A stretch of 64,000 nt of DNA from Octopus vulgaris (taxonomy: Eukaryota): NCBI GenBank assembly GCA_951406725.2, contig OX597838.1:24118001-24182000 (forward strand). Direction: 5' to 3'. The notes under the pieces were generated by a model. The model was not told the origin of the DNA and did not search any database. It was given only the letters and a program-made list of their open reading frames with translations. The translations under genes and the position numbers were made by a program. Positions 1 to 13,116 of this stretch are shown piece after piece (position 1 is the first letter of the stretch; the number at the start of each line of letters is the position of its first letter).

Positions 1-566
1 CCACATAGACCACCAAGAGCCATAAGGACCCCAGTTAAGAAACATTGAGAGACCTCTAGAGATTTATAGTTTTGGAGTCCTCTCTTGCTCTGTTTCTCCC
101 CCTTTCTTTCTCTCTCTCTCTCTCTCATTGTTACAAGAATCTTAGAGCATTAGATAGAAGATATTAAGCAAATGGTGTATGAAATGATTGAGGTCAGAGT
201 GTCGAGGTGACCAAATAATAAAGAGAGAGAGAGAGAGACCAGTGGAAGGAAAAGCTTCTAGTAACCAAGGCCACCATGGAAAAACAAAACAGAAGTAAAA
301 AAGTATAGAATAGATAGCAAGGTTGTGTGTGGGTGGTGGGGTGAGGAGCAGAGATAGGAGGAAAATCTATTAATAATAAGAAAACAAACTCAGTGACATG
401 GATGGATATGTGTGGGTGTGTGTATATGTATATATACACCCACTCATGCACTCACACACATATATACCCACACATCCATGCATATATATGTATGTATATA
501 TATATGTGTGTGTGTGTGTGTACACATACATATATATACTAATATATATACATACATGCATACACA

Positions 567-605
<39 letters not shown>

Positions 606-1033
606 CCTTACATGCACACATACATGCATATGTGTGTGTGTGACTAGAGCATTAGGTATTGATTAGACTATTAACCGCCTTTTGTTGTTGTTGTTGCTGC
701 TGCTGTTGTTGTTCCTGTTGTTGTTTGACCTGGAGGTTAAACCTGATACTGCAGACCTACAATCAAGGGGATCCCAGCAACGACCATCTCACCTTTTCAG
801 TAAACGTCTCAGGCCACGATGGGGAATGTGATTGAAGAGCAATTTGGTTGTTATTTCTAGCGTGTGGAACAACCACACAGAAGCCCCATCATTGGCGCGT
901 AACTTTTCAACGACTCCATTCTCCGTCCTTGTTCTCTAAAGTACTTTTATTTGCATTTCTAATTTACACTTCTGTTGTCTTTAGACATTGTACTTTTACG
1001 CACAACACCTGTCTGTCTGTCTGTCTGTCTCTC

Positions 1034-1114
<81 letters not shown>

Positions 1115-2094
1115 TATATAGACATCCTTGGGTTTGGATTGAACTTGCAAATATATCCATTGTATTATGTAAGGTTTCCGTACATATTCAGTTCATTTCG
1201 AGGGAAGAAACAAAACACAACAAAAGACACAAAGAAAAACAGCAAATATAAAAATTAAAAAACAAGAACAAAACCTATCGAAGTAAACAGTGTGATGCAT
1301 GCACCAAGAAATCCAGTTTATTGATGGTTTTATAAATAGTTTGGAAGAAGGAGGAGAGGAAAAAAGAGTAGAGGAAAAGAAAAAGTGTGTGTGTCCGGCA
1401 GTGAGGTGCTGCTACTTGTTTAATCAACTTCAGCCGATGCTAACCGAATCTTATCAGGTTTAATACCGGGTTTCCATTAGGAACAATTTAGCTTTCATTT
1501 CTTGAATGAAATCACCGTCTAAGAATAACTTGTTTCACACAAACGAATTTTTATTACCAGCAAATTAAAAAAAAAAGAAAAAAAAGGGAAATAAATAGGT
1601 TTTATTCTTTTAAAAAAGGTTTAATTCTCTATTCTCTATTCTCTATTCTCTATTCAAGCTTATGTTGTGTAGTGTGTTGTGTTTTTTTTTTGTTGTTTTT
1701 TTTTTTCATTCAACTGACCCGACCGTGATCTAAAGAGCTGGCATCTTCCTCGGTCGATTGATTTTTTTTTTTTTTTTTTTTTTTGCAGACTGTTGGCTCT
1801 GCGAAAGCACTAAAGCATAACCAGTTTGTTGTATTCTGGCACTGTGTTATGTCTGTAACCTTGTGATGGTTAATTTCCAAACAGTCCTCTCTGTGTAACT
1901 GTCAATTGTTATCAGTTTTTCAGGACTAAACAAGCTGCCCTTTCAAGGAGTTAACAGCTGGTTTCATTGATAGGATCACAGACTTTTTTTTCTCTTTTGG
2001 TCATGGCGCCAATGCATAACAAGTTTATATCTTGGCATTGTGCTGATCCTGTAACTCCATGCCATTTAACTTAGAAACAACCCTCTCTATTTAA

Positions 2095-2649
2095 TCTATA
2101 ATAATAAACACGAAATTCTGTCTGTCTGTCTTTCCATCCGGGACCCCTGTATCTCAATCTACAGTTGCTTTACATAGACATATGATACCGTTTTTGGAAT
2201 CAGCAGGATCCCAGGATCGAATATCGGCCCTTCATTTGGTTTTTGAAAATCCAGCATTGAGATCTGATTTAAAAGCATTCAGATTGCTATTTCTAGCATG
2301 TAAAGCTTGGCTGATCCACATCATCTTCGTTGGCATTTGTCAGATGACATCAGAGATCAAGCGGAATATAAATGACAGTTGCTTCGTTAATTTTACATCA
2401 AGATAAGAACTTTGGGATAAAATGTCCAACTGTTGGAATTCAACTTGGGACTGGAACAATAGAATGATTGCATTACAGAATTAATTCTCATCTGTCCTTA
2501 ACCTCTGATCAAACACCACCAGGGCAAATAGTCATTATAGATGTATTATAGCCATACTATTTAGCTCTCTTTAGCTTTGGGCCACAGTCCTAATTAGCCC
2601 TCCACAGGAGCTAGCTTGAAAGTCTGCATGGAGTGCAGTTTTTAAGCTA

Positions 2650-2650
<1 letters not shown>
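2095..2650 (+). mobile_element. Non-autonomous Helitron-like element
   Basis: 5' A|TCTATAATAATAAAC followed by (TCTG)n; 3' hairpin ctgca-tggag-tgcag (2624-2638) then CTAG|T, i.e. an A/T target with no TSD. A similar 5' end occurs at ~46647. Confidence 0.5.
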
Positions 2651-2708
<58 letters not shown>

Positions 2709-2710
<2 letters not shown>

Positions 2711-3088
2711 CACTGGAGAGGCTGTGTGGTAAGTAGCTTGCTTATCAACCACATGGTTCCAGGTTCAGTCCCACTGCGTGGCACCTTGGGCAAGTGTCTT
2801 CTACAATAGCCTCGGGCCGACCAAAGCCTTGTGAGTGGATTTGGTAGATTGAAACTGAAAGAAGCCCATTGTATATATGTATATATATATATGTATGTGT
2901 GTGCATATGTTTGTGTGTCTGTGTTTGTCCCCCCCCCCCCAACATCGCTTTATGCTGGTGTGCTTACGTCCCTGTAATTTAGCAGTTCAGCAAAAGAGAC
3001 TGATAGAATAAGTACTAGGCTTACAAAGAATAAGTCCTGGGGTCGATTTGCTTGATTAAAGGCAGTGGTCCAACATGGTCGCAGTCAA
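2709..3088 (+). mobile_element. tRNA-derived SINE, family A
   Basis: Head ggctgtgtggtaagtagc...ggttcagtccc (A/B-box-like), internal TA/TG run, tail ggtcgatttgc...cagtcaa; many near-identical copies in the window. Confidence 0.85.
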
Positions 3089-3091
3089 CCA

Positions 3092-3770
3092 TTGGCTTCA
3101 ACCATGTTCTCTAGATGACTTCAGAATCTCCTGTTGGTGAATGCTGCCATAAATCCTTGCCTTCAGTACATCTTGGGTGTTACAAGGAGTTTTGTTGGTC
3201 TCATGCTCAACTCTGCCCCACACATAATAATCAAGAGGGTTGCAGTCTGGGGAGTTAGGTGGCCAGATGTTAAGGGTGGTGTGGTCACAGAAATTGTCTG
3301 AAAGCCACAACTGGGTTCTCCTGCTTGAGTGGCACAGTGCAGAGTCTGTTATCAGACATAGGATCCTCCAGCAGCCACCTTCTTGACCCAGAGTAGCACT
3401 ATCTCCTCCAAGCACTTGATGTAGACCTCCATGTTGAGTCTGAAGCCATGTGGGAAGATGAATTGAGGCATAATGTTGCCATCATTAGTGATCACTCCAA
3501 ACACCATGATGTTGACTGGATGTTTGATTTTTATCTCTCTTGGTACATGTCCTCAGATTGACACCCAAACACTCTGAAATGCTTGTATTGGAGCTTCTGG
3601 CATGAATGCCAAACAGTACAACATGTCTTTTCCAAATTTTTGGCAGAGTGAATTGTGTCATGGTGCTGTTTTTCTCACAGATGGTGCCCAACTGACCCTA
3701 CTATACTGCGGGATCAACAAAATCGAAAACAATGTGCATGCACGAAATTAAAAATATAAAATGGTGACAG
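3092..3770 (-). mobile_element. Decayed Tc1/mariner-superfamily transposase fragment
   Basis: Minus-strand peptide NIWPPNSPDCNPLDYYVWG (third catalytic Asp region) with frameshifts; abuts the SINE tail. Confidence 0.8.
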
Positions 3771-3862
3771 TCTTCAGTCCTCAGTCAAATCGTCCAACCC
3801 ATGCTAGCATGGAAAGTGGATGTTAAACGATGATGATGATATATATATATATATATATATAT

Positions 3863-3893
<31 letters not shown>

Positions 3894-4591
3894 TATCAGT
3901 CATGTTTCCTTATAAATATAACTGCATAATTGATAGTCATTTTATTTTCCAGTGTGATATCACTCTATGCATGCAAAACAACTTAGCCTTTTGACATTAC
4001 ACAGGTGGAAGCAAATTTCTATTTTACACAGATCGCACCTGTTCACTTTGCAAATTCTCGCATGCTTGCAACATGTAAATCAATGTGGTATCAGAATACG
4101 TTAGCGTGTTGTTAACTTTTGCTCCTCTCCTCTTCTCCCCCACCTCTCATTTAATAACATGAGAGTGTAAAAGAAAAAACTCAAGCATCCATGAAGCCGT
4201 GTTAAAAATTCATTTAGTCCATAACCGGCCACTTCCTTGGCAACGTAACGCAATGCAACGCAACAAACAATGACACCAAACAGATGCTAGATCACGGATA
4301 ATCAAAGCGAGCTGCAGTTATTCTGGCAAGTGCACCGAATATACAGTCGACATGAACAGGCATCACCTGCACCACCACCACCACCACAATAATAATAATA
4401 ATAATAATAATAATGATGATAATAAATGCTCTGTGTATGTACAGCATCTGCCATCTTTATCATGATTGTGCCTAATGAGTTAATGGTTCATCTCCTGATC
4501 ATAGAGACTATCTATAATCAAATTCATTCCAGCCATGACCATTACATCAATTTTTTTTTTTTTCAGTTATAGTGTATGCATATCAGACATT

Positions 4592-4622
<31 letters not shown>

Positions 4623-4788
4623 CCTTTTCTGTTTTGTTTTGTTTTTATTTTTCCAAAGTGGTAGGGTATGTGAGTTGAAAGAGATTTGGTCGGTATTTCT
4701 AGCATGTCAACTGACTACATAGAGACAACCCTGTTGGCTTGAAGTATGACAGAGTTACAGAAGGTTAAAAGCATTAGGGTTTCATTAA

Positions 4789-5005
4789 CCCTTTAACATT
4801 CAGATCACTCTATCAAATAAAACGTCTGTTTATTCACAATGGTTTGAATTAATCATGGATTATCTCATAGCTTTGAGATTTCAATGATTTGATTGTTTAT
4901 TTTTAGAACATTATTACGTAGAAATGAGAGGCTAGATCTAACCAGTTCAAACATAAAATAGGAACGACAACTGAGCCGGATTTGACTGGTTTTAACACCA
5001 AAGAG
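4789..5005. mobile_element. piggyBac-type (TTAA) MITE, decayed
   Basis: TTAA-CCCTTT left end; internal sequence homologous to 25909-26127 and to the units at 51803-52390. Confidence 0.6.
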
Positions 5006-5917
5006 CTAAAGTTAATCCTTACAAATTCATATGTTTAATGGAGTTTACTGATACAGGCATGACTGTGTGGATTGGGTAAGAAGTTCATTACAAGACCATA
5101 TAGTTTTGGGTTCTCTCCCACTGCATGGCACCTTTGGGGAGTGTCTTCTACCACTTAACTTGATTATTCAAATTCATAACCATTGGCCCATTTCAGTTAT
5201 TTCCCTTTACTGGTCTTTATTTTTTAATGTTGTTATATCACAATACTACACAGTGGCTGTGTGAGCTACGAAATCCTCATCACCACTGTTATATCGCACG
5301 TTCGGATGACCTCTACTCAACTCCTTGACATCTAGACGTCTCCCTCTATATCTACGTATTGGGCTAGCCTATTTCATTGTCTGGGGGCGTCGACACAACA
5401 AATATTCAAATTATACTGACCAAAAATTAGCTTTTTTTCTCTTTTTCTTTTTACGTATGCCGCTCCTGTCTTAAAGGCATCAACAAGCATGAACATCCAT
5501 GCAAACGTCCAAAGATTCATGACTTTCCTGGGAAAGGACTTAACAGTGGTTTCTTGTTGCCACCTGCTGGCTTATTTTCACTTTATTCTGCTAGTGTGTA
5601 GCTCTCTCAAGCTTGCTCTTGAGGCACAGAGTGCCTTTTTGTGTCACTGCCATAAGTGCCACTTATGATTTACTGGCACAAGTGCCTTTTACATGTCACT
5701 GGCACAAGTACCTTTTATGTGTCACCAGCACACATTTATTTGTAGTGGTCCTTCAGTTTTTCTAAGACCTGATAAAAGAACTCAGAAGGTTGGGCCTCCG
5801 ACCAGGCCTTTCGTGACACCCTTAAAGCCAGGAACTTTTCAGCAACCCCCTCATAATAAACATGGAATCAAGAGGTGTGAAAAGCTCTTCCTTTTTATTC
5901 TGATTCTTAACTGCATT

Positions 5918-6358
5918 AGTTAGTTAGTTAGTTAATTTGGCTCAAAAGCAAATAGCAAGGCTATGTAGGGGGACATGGAGTTAAGTACAGGGTGGTGTTC
6001 ATGTAAAGAGTTCAGGCCACTTGAGGTCAAGGGAGGCTTTGAATAAAGCGGTCGTCGGCATCTTCACCATCTCGTCTGGCAGCTTGTTCCACGGATCCGC
6101 AACCCGGACGGAGAAAGCTCCTCTCCTTTGATTGAGATGAAATCGTCGCAGGTAGAGCTTTTCGGAATGACCCCGCAGCTGACGCTCTGGAGCAGGAGTG
6201 AAGAACAGCTCTTTCGAGAGGTTACACTTTCCGCTTATGATGTTGTGGGCGAGAATGAGATCTCCACGGCGGCTGCGTTTTTCAAGAGAATAAAGGTCGA
6301 GCGTCCTCAGCCTTTCTTCATAGGACAAATTTTTGAGACCATGAACCATGCGGGTGTG
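5918..6358 (-). mobile_element. CR1-type LINE 3' fragment
   Basis: Peptide LSYEERLRTLDLYSLEKRSRRGDLI...RGHSEKL...FSVRVADPWNKLP, typical of the CR1 ORF2 C-terminus; (TAAC)n tail. Confidence 0.88.
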
Positions 6359-6827
6359 TAATATGAACGAGATTGAGCTGCAATTTCTGGTTGGTCAAGC
6401 AATTATTCAGAAACTCCCTCAATTGGTTCTATGGTCAAGGAGTTAAACCACTAGACAGCAGAGATCCCAGTCTCGTGTCTGAACATAATATAGCCCTTAT
6501 GTCGAGCTCCCAATACACCACTACATCTGTTTCGGTGAATGTGAGGTGGGAGCTGGAAGCTACACATTATTCCAGCTTCGTGACTGATTACTTGGGGTTG
6601 GAAAGGTTACTCAGCTCTAATAAAATATTTTCTGTCGTAATAAATCATGTGAAAATAATTCCATTTGCTTGAAAACCACATAAGCCATGCTATCATGAAA
6701 TGGCAAATGACTGAAGCATTAAAAAGTGGTGGGAGGCTTATGTTGTTTGAGAAATAATAGATTCTCTGGCTTGAGTAATGGAAAATATTCTGACACTAAC
6801 TATATATTCATTTGATTCATTTGAGGG

Positions 6828-6862
<35 letters not shown>

Positions 6863-6865
<3 letters not shown>

Positions 6866-7095
6866 GGTTGGCTAAAAGTCATCTGACGGTAAATCAAAAC
6901 CATTTAATTCCAAGATTTATTTATGTTTAACAACTGAATGAATTTAATAAAATCATCTAAATATGAAACATCATGAAAATTGTTCAAACTGAAGTCCTTC
7001 TTGAATGACACATTTTTCCATTTGAGTCAATACAGAATTACAGATAGTGTTTTTAGAATTTTGATTTACTGTTGGGTGACTTTTGGCCAACCCTG
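6863..7095. mobile_element. Tc1/mariner-type MITE inserted in (TA)n
   Basis: ~37-bp TIRs cagggttggc(t/c)aaaagtca...gtaaatcaaaa flanked by TA. Confidence 0.85.
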
Positions 7096-7234
7096 TATAT
7101 ATATATATATATACACACACACATACACACACACACATATACACATTTATGTATTTGTCTTGCAAGATTCTTGATGTGAAATCATATTTTGAAACACATG
7201 CTCTATTTATTTGATTCATTTGAGGTATATATAT

Positions 7235-7293
<59 letters not shown>

Positions 7294-7381
7294 GAGAGTT
7301 TATGAAAAAAACAAAAGACGAAGACAGGTGGTGTACAATACAAACAGATGTATTAGTATAACGCTCAGGAATAGAGAAAGT

Positions 7382-7417
7382 CTTTTACGTTTCGAGCCTA
7401 CGCTCTTCTACAGAAAG
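7382..7417 (-). ncRNA. Minimal hammerhead-like motif (variant core) in a Penelope-like terminal repeat fragment
   Basis: Minus strand: cttt-CTGTAGA-a-gagc(gtag)gctc-GAAAC-GTA-aaag. Stems I and II pair, but the core is CUGUAGA rather than CUGANGA. Confidence 0.45.
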
Positions 7418-7478
7418 GGACACAGAAAAAACAAGGAGAGAAAAAAATGTGTGTAGTGGCTATCATCTATCATGGCGA

Positions 7479-7513
<35 letters not shown>

Positions 7514-7540
7514 TAAATTATATGTTAATTGTTAAGGCAC

Positions 7541-7609
7541 GGTTACTGATGAGGATTCGCCTAGCAAAATATTTTATTTGCTAAAATAATCTTAAACCTA
7601 GGTATAACT
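7541..7609 (+). ncRNA. Degenerate minimal type I hammerhead motif
   Basis: ggtta-CTGATGA-ggatt...aatct-tAAAC-CTAG-GTA-taact. Stem I pairs and the loop CUAG is palindromic, but G12 is mutated. Confidence 0.5.
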
Positions 7610-7866
7610 AAAAAAAATAACACGGTAAAAGTTTTTATTTTTCATTCCCTTCGAAAATTGCTCTTAAAATGTGGTTTTGGTCATTTTGACTGCTTCTTCT
7701 AGCGTGTCAAAATTACCTATTAAAGGTAGTTTTCTCTTGTGTTTAAATGTACACTATGTTATATATATATATATATATGATATAAATAACTACATGTGTG
7801 TGTGCATGTGTATTTTGCATGTATACATCCCTCATTTATTTTTCTTTCTGTCTTTACATTGAACAG

Positions 7867-7991
7867 ATAGGGTTTACTGAATATGCAGATCGCTTTGAAG
7901 ACTGTCGAGTGGACGGTGACCTTCTGTTGGTCATCTCTGAGTATGACCTCCAAGACAGCATTAGGATGACTCCCAGCATTACCCGGAAAAG
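7867..7991 (+). CDS. SARM1: SARM1 internal coding exon (SAM1 domain); first SARM1 exon found in the window
   Basis: Acceptor ttgaacag|ATA, donor AG|gtaagc. Encodes IGFTEYADRFEDCRVDGDLLLVISEYDLQDSIRMTPSITRK(R), matching human SAM1 [42 protein letters not shown]. Phase 0 to 2. Confidence 0.95.
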
Positions 7992-8011
7992 GTAAGCCAA
8001 ATGAGAATGGC

Positions 8012-8560
8012 AGCATCATTATCATCATCATCATCACTGTCGTCGTTGCTGTCATCATTATCTTCGTCATCATCATCATCATCTCCAATATCTTGTCACA
8101 TCTTTGTTGTCATCTTGATAATCGTAATAACTGCAGATCACATCATTATTGTCATCCTTATCGTTAGCATCAACATCACTATCTTCACCACCACCATCAT
8201 CATCATCATCGTTGTCGTCATCATCATCATCATCATTGTCATCACCATCACCGTCATTACCTTTGTCATCTTCATAATTGGTTTACTCACCCATATCATT
8301 GCTATCATCAATATCATTATGCTTTATCATCCACTTGACATCCTCCTCGTCTTCCCCTCATCATCATCATCACCATCTCCATCATCATTTTTGTTATCGT
8401 CGTCATTGTCATCCTCATCTTTGTCGTCATCATCATTATTGTCATTGTTGTCCTTATCGTTATTTTCATCATTGTTGTTTCATCTTTTTCACCATCATCA
8501 TCATCACCATCGTCGTCGTCGTCGTCATCATCATCATCATTATATCCATCACTACAATTG
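8012..8560. repeat. Degenerate (CAT/CGT)n low-complexity tract
   Basis: Trinucleotide tract immediately after the SARM1 exon donor. Confidence 0.9.
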
Positions 8561-8777
8561 ATGTTATCCTTATCAGTTGCCTGTCTTCTTTCCGCAGTTA
8601 CCTTCAGCTGGGTGCAGGTACGGTGCTGTGGCAAAGACCTTCCTTTCACAACTTCCATTGTTCTAGGTTCCAACTCAGTGCACAACAACTTAGGGCAAAA
8701 GTCTTCTACTATATAGTCTTGGATTGGTCAATAAGCTGAGGGTAGAATTTGGTAGACTAAAACTGTGCAGCACCCTA

Positions 8778-8816
<39 letters not shown>

Positions 8817-8950
8817 CATGTGTGTGTGCACGTGTGTGTGTGTCTGTGCATGTGTGTGTGTGCACATGTGTGTGTGAGTAGATATAGATAGATAAAATAG
8901 ATAGATTGATATAGAGAGATTTATAAAGATTGATAGATAGGCAGAGAGAG

Positions 8951-8982
<32 letters not shown>

Positions 8983-9249
8983 GGGGAGGGAGAGACAGAA
9001 AGACAGACGGATGGATGAAAGGCTTCTACACAGTTGTAGATAGATGCACTCACTCACTCTACATAATTTCTCATATAGTCATACATACATTTTTGTATGT
9101 TTATATCCTTTACCTGCACATATCATTTGAAGAACAACAGGCATCAGTGACTGAGCTGAAGAAACTCACTGCTTTACAAATAGTGTTCTTTAAGATATAG
9201 GCTCTTCTGTGCTTGAGAAGACATGTCAGGCTAAGTGAAATCGTGTTCA

Positions 9250-9903
9250 TGGTCTGTGCCCATGGCACATAAAAGGCACTCGTGCCAGTGATGTATAAAA
9301 GGCATCCATGCGAGCAACATATACAAGGCACCCAAGCCAGTGACATGTAATGGGTACTCGTGCTGATAAAATGGGTACCCGTGCTGATAAGTGCCAGTGA
9401 CACATAAAAGGCACCTGCACTGCTGACACGTAAAAGGCACTCATGCCTGTGACTCATAAACTACACCTGTACTGGTGGCATGTAAAAGGCACCTTTGCTG
9501 GTTCCATGTAAAATGAACTTGTAGCAATGGCACCCATGTTGGTGACGTGTAAAAGACACCTGTGCCAGTGACACTTGAAAGGTATCCATGTAGGTGACAC
9601 ACAGAAGGCACCTGAGTCAGTGACATGTAATGGGCACCAGTGCCGATAAATCGTAAAGGGCACCTGTGCCAGTGGCACCTGAAAGGCACTTGTGCCAGTA
9701 ACATGTAAGAGGCGCCCATGCCTGTGACATATAAAAGGGCACCTGTTCCAGAGACGTGTGAAAGACACCCAAAACACACTGTAAAGAGGTTGGTGTTAGG
9801 AAGGACATCCAGCTGTAGAAACCAAGCTGGTAAGCTCTCCAGCTCTGGCCAAACCATCAAATCCATGCCAGCATAGAAAAGAGACATTCAATGATGATGA
9901 TGC
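9250..9903 (+). mobile_element. RTE-related 3'-end repeat with an expanded ~30-bp internal minisatellite
   Basis: Repeated (tg)ccagtgacac(g/a)taaaaggcac units, then ttggtgttaggaagg...catccagctgtagaaa and a (GAT)n tail shared with other copies. Confidence 0.7.
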
Positions 9904-10241
9904 ATTACAGATAAGTTCCTTGTCATAAATTTAGTCGACCAGCCAGTGATTGGCCCATTGGAAATTGTGTAACCAATGAGGCTGGGCTATTATTCACAAA
10001 TTCTGGTTTAAACTAATTGACATATACGTCCTTGTTTTTGCCTCCATCACGCCTTTTCTCGTTGTCATCAGTTAAATATGCCAACGCAACCTGGCTGTGT
10101 TCTCCTACAACTGTAACTAATTTTTTCTTGATCTGCTGAAGATGTTTGCACCTTGCCCTGGCAAACACATACAACAAGCATACTCATGTAAGTACATGCA
10201 TGCACACAGGTACCTGTGTGTGCATATGTATACATATATGT

Positions 10242-10290
<49 letters not shown>

Positions 10291-10293
10291 TGT

Positions 10294-10350
<57 letters not shown>

Positions 10351-10531
10351 CTCATGTAAGTACATGCATGCACACAGGTACCTGTGTGTGTGTGTGTGCA
10401 TATGTATACATATATGTATACACATATATATATGCATACATACATACAAACACTCACAAATATATATATACATACATACAGTAATACATATGTATACACA
10501 CATACATACATTATACATACACACATACATG

Positions 10532-10565
<34 letters not shown>

Positions 10566-10917
10566 CATACACACACACAGCACTGACTTACATGCATACA
10601 TTACCGGTACAGTACTGTAGGTATCTGATTTTATCTTAAAATGTTGATAATAAAGGTTTAAAATTATTTGACTGCCTTCAAGCACGATTAAAAGAAAAAG
10701 CCACAAATAGAAGAAAAACGAATCAAGCAAATTTACCTGAACTGTCATGGCAACAACAACAACAACAACAACAACACCTGCAACAATAACAAAAGCACAC
10801 TGACATCAAAAATAAGTTTTATTTGTAACAAATAATAAACATTTAACAGACACAAATGATTTCTAAGCACGAAAATACACATTTATTATCAGTGCTCCAG
10901 GGTAAGTGTGTTTGTGT

Positions 10918-10961
<44 letters not shown>

Positions 10962-10974
10962 CATACATTGTGTA

Positions 10975-11020
<46 letters not shown>

Positions 11021-11036
11021 CATTGTGTGCGCGCGC

Positions 11037-11081
<45 letters not shown>

Positions 11082-11163
11082 CATACATGTTTATCTGTAT
11101 ATCTATATATGTGTATATATATATGTGTATATATATATATGTGTGTGTGTGTGTGTACATATA

Positions 11164-12550
11164 TCATCATTATCATCATCATCAATTAACGTCCGTTTTC
11201 CATGCTGGCATGGGTTAGACGGTTTGACTAAGGCCTGGAAAGCCAGCAGCTGCACCAAGCTCCAATCTGATCTAGCAAAGTTTCTACAGTTGGATGCCCT
11301 TCGTAATGCCAACCACTCCGAGAGTGTAGTGGGTGCTTTTTACATGCCACCAGCACAGGTGGCAGTCAGGCGGGCCTGGCAACGATCACATTCAGGTGGT
11401 GCTTTTTACATGCCACCAGCATGGGAGCCAGTCAGGCGGACCTGGCATTGACCACGTTCAGATGGTGCTTTTTACCTGCCATGAGCACAGGAGCCAGTCT
11501 GGGGGTAATGGCATCGACCACATTCAGATGGTGCTTTTTACGTGCCACTGGCACGGGAGCTAGTCAGGGATCACTGGCCCCAGCTACGATATTGGTTTTG
11601 ACTCAACAGGTCTTCTCAAGCATATCATATTACCCGATGCATCAGGGGTATTCTTAACAGAGAGAGTGACACTTCCTCAGACAGCTGTCTTCATTCATGC
11701 GTAACACATAGCCATACCAGTGCAGTTGCCTCTCTTGCACACCACATTTGATGCTTCTTATGCCCAACTATTCTCTCAGGGTGCTTGCACTCTGTCGTGT
11801 ATGCACACTGACATTACACATCCAACGGATCATACTAAGCTTCATTTCTTTCAAACCTACACATGTCTTTAGCATTCATGGCCCATATCTCACTGTCATA
11901 TAGCATGGCATATGATCTACCTTCCACCCTGAGTGAGAGGCCCTTTATTGCCAGCAGAGTTAGGAGCTCCCTGAACTTTGCCCGGGCTATTCTTACTCTA
12001 GTCACTACACTCTCAGAGCAATGCCCCCACTACAGACTTGGTCACCAAGGTAGCAGAATCTATTAACTTCTTCTAGTTTCTCCCCCTGGCATGTGATGGA
12101 ATCTGTTTTCTGTAAATATTCAGTGTTTATTGCCTCAGTGCATCTGACACACACAAGAACTATTTTCCCAGTTAACCTTCCTTTGATATTGCTGCACCTT
12201 TTATGTATCCATAGCTTACACTGGGTACATCATATGGAGTTTCTACCCATGCCTTTGCTACAGATCAAGCAGAGCCATCTACCTGAAGGGTGTTGTGATT
12301 TGACAGCCTTCCTACTTACTAAGACTTTGGTTTTGGCTATGTTAACCCTAAAGCCCTTCGATTATAAACCTTGCTTCCACACCCTAAACTTCATCTCCAG
12401 TTCTGGCAGTTATTAGAGCAAGTTCACAAGGGCAGCCTATCTTGAATTCCTCTGTTATTGCCTGGAGGACTATAATGAATAAGATGGGGCTGAGAACTGA
12501 TCCTTGGTGAATCCCTACTTCTACTTGGAATTCTTCACTATACTTGTTGC
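11164..12550 (-). mobile_element. 5'-truncated RTE-clade LINE
   Basis: Minus-strand RT motif [20 protein letters not shown] near 12481-12540, decayed ORF, then the common 3' UTR ending in (GAT)n. Confidence 0.8.
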
Positions 12551-12675
12551 CATATATATATATATATATGTATACATATATACATACGTATATATATGTA
12601 TGTATGTATGTACGTATGTATGTATGTATGTGTGTGTGTATATGTGCATGTATGTGTGTGTATACATATATATGT

Positions 12676-12714
<39 letters not shown>

Positions 12715-13078
12715 TTGTATAGTTGTATGTATGTCAAGTTTGTTGGTGATGTAGGAAAAATACATGATTGAGAAAAAAGACGAAACACAACAGAGCAACA
12801 ACAAAAGCAAAGACCTTCTCTCCAGACCCCAACACCGCCACTACCCACCACCTCCAAACCACCACAATAACCAAGTTTGTAGTTCAGTTGTTCATGGTAT
12901 TTATGCTAACGAAGAAAAACTAAAATAAAATAAATGAAAAGGGAAAAAAAAAAATCTTGTGGGGCGTGAGGAAAGAGAGAGAGAAAACTATTGACTTTCT
13001 CTAATTGCTGTAATGTGGTGGGGAAAGGGATGAGTGTACACGTGTGTGTGTGTGTGACCGCATATATAAATATATGTT

Positions 13079-13116
<38 letters not shown>

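Noticed and set aside
194-1258. Many ORFs rich in YI/CV/HT/SL/RE dipeptides (also 10068-11218, 29518-30229, 39511-40038 and others)
   Set aside because: Translations of stop-free (TA)n, (CA)n and (GA)n microsatellites; no protein motif or exon context.
4231-4244. RFX X-box-like motifs (also ~10743 and ~23984)
   Set aside because: Only half-site matches, as expected by chance in 64 kb.
8001-8739. Poly-Ser/His/Ile ORFs continuing after the SARM1 exon
   Set aside because: Intronic (CAT)n tract; the exon has a canonical donor at 7992 whose phase matches 16264.
9250-9790. CRISPR-like repeat array
   Set aside because: Degenerate tandem units without unique spacers, inside a retroelement 3' end in eukaryotic DNA; no cas genes.
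10179-10400. Local direct duplication around (TA)n (also ~31860-32100)
   Set aside because: Typical slippage or assembly stutter at long TA tracts; no functional signal.
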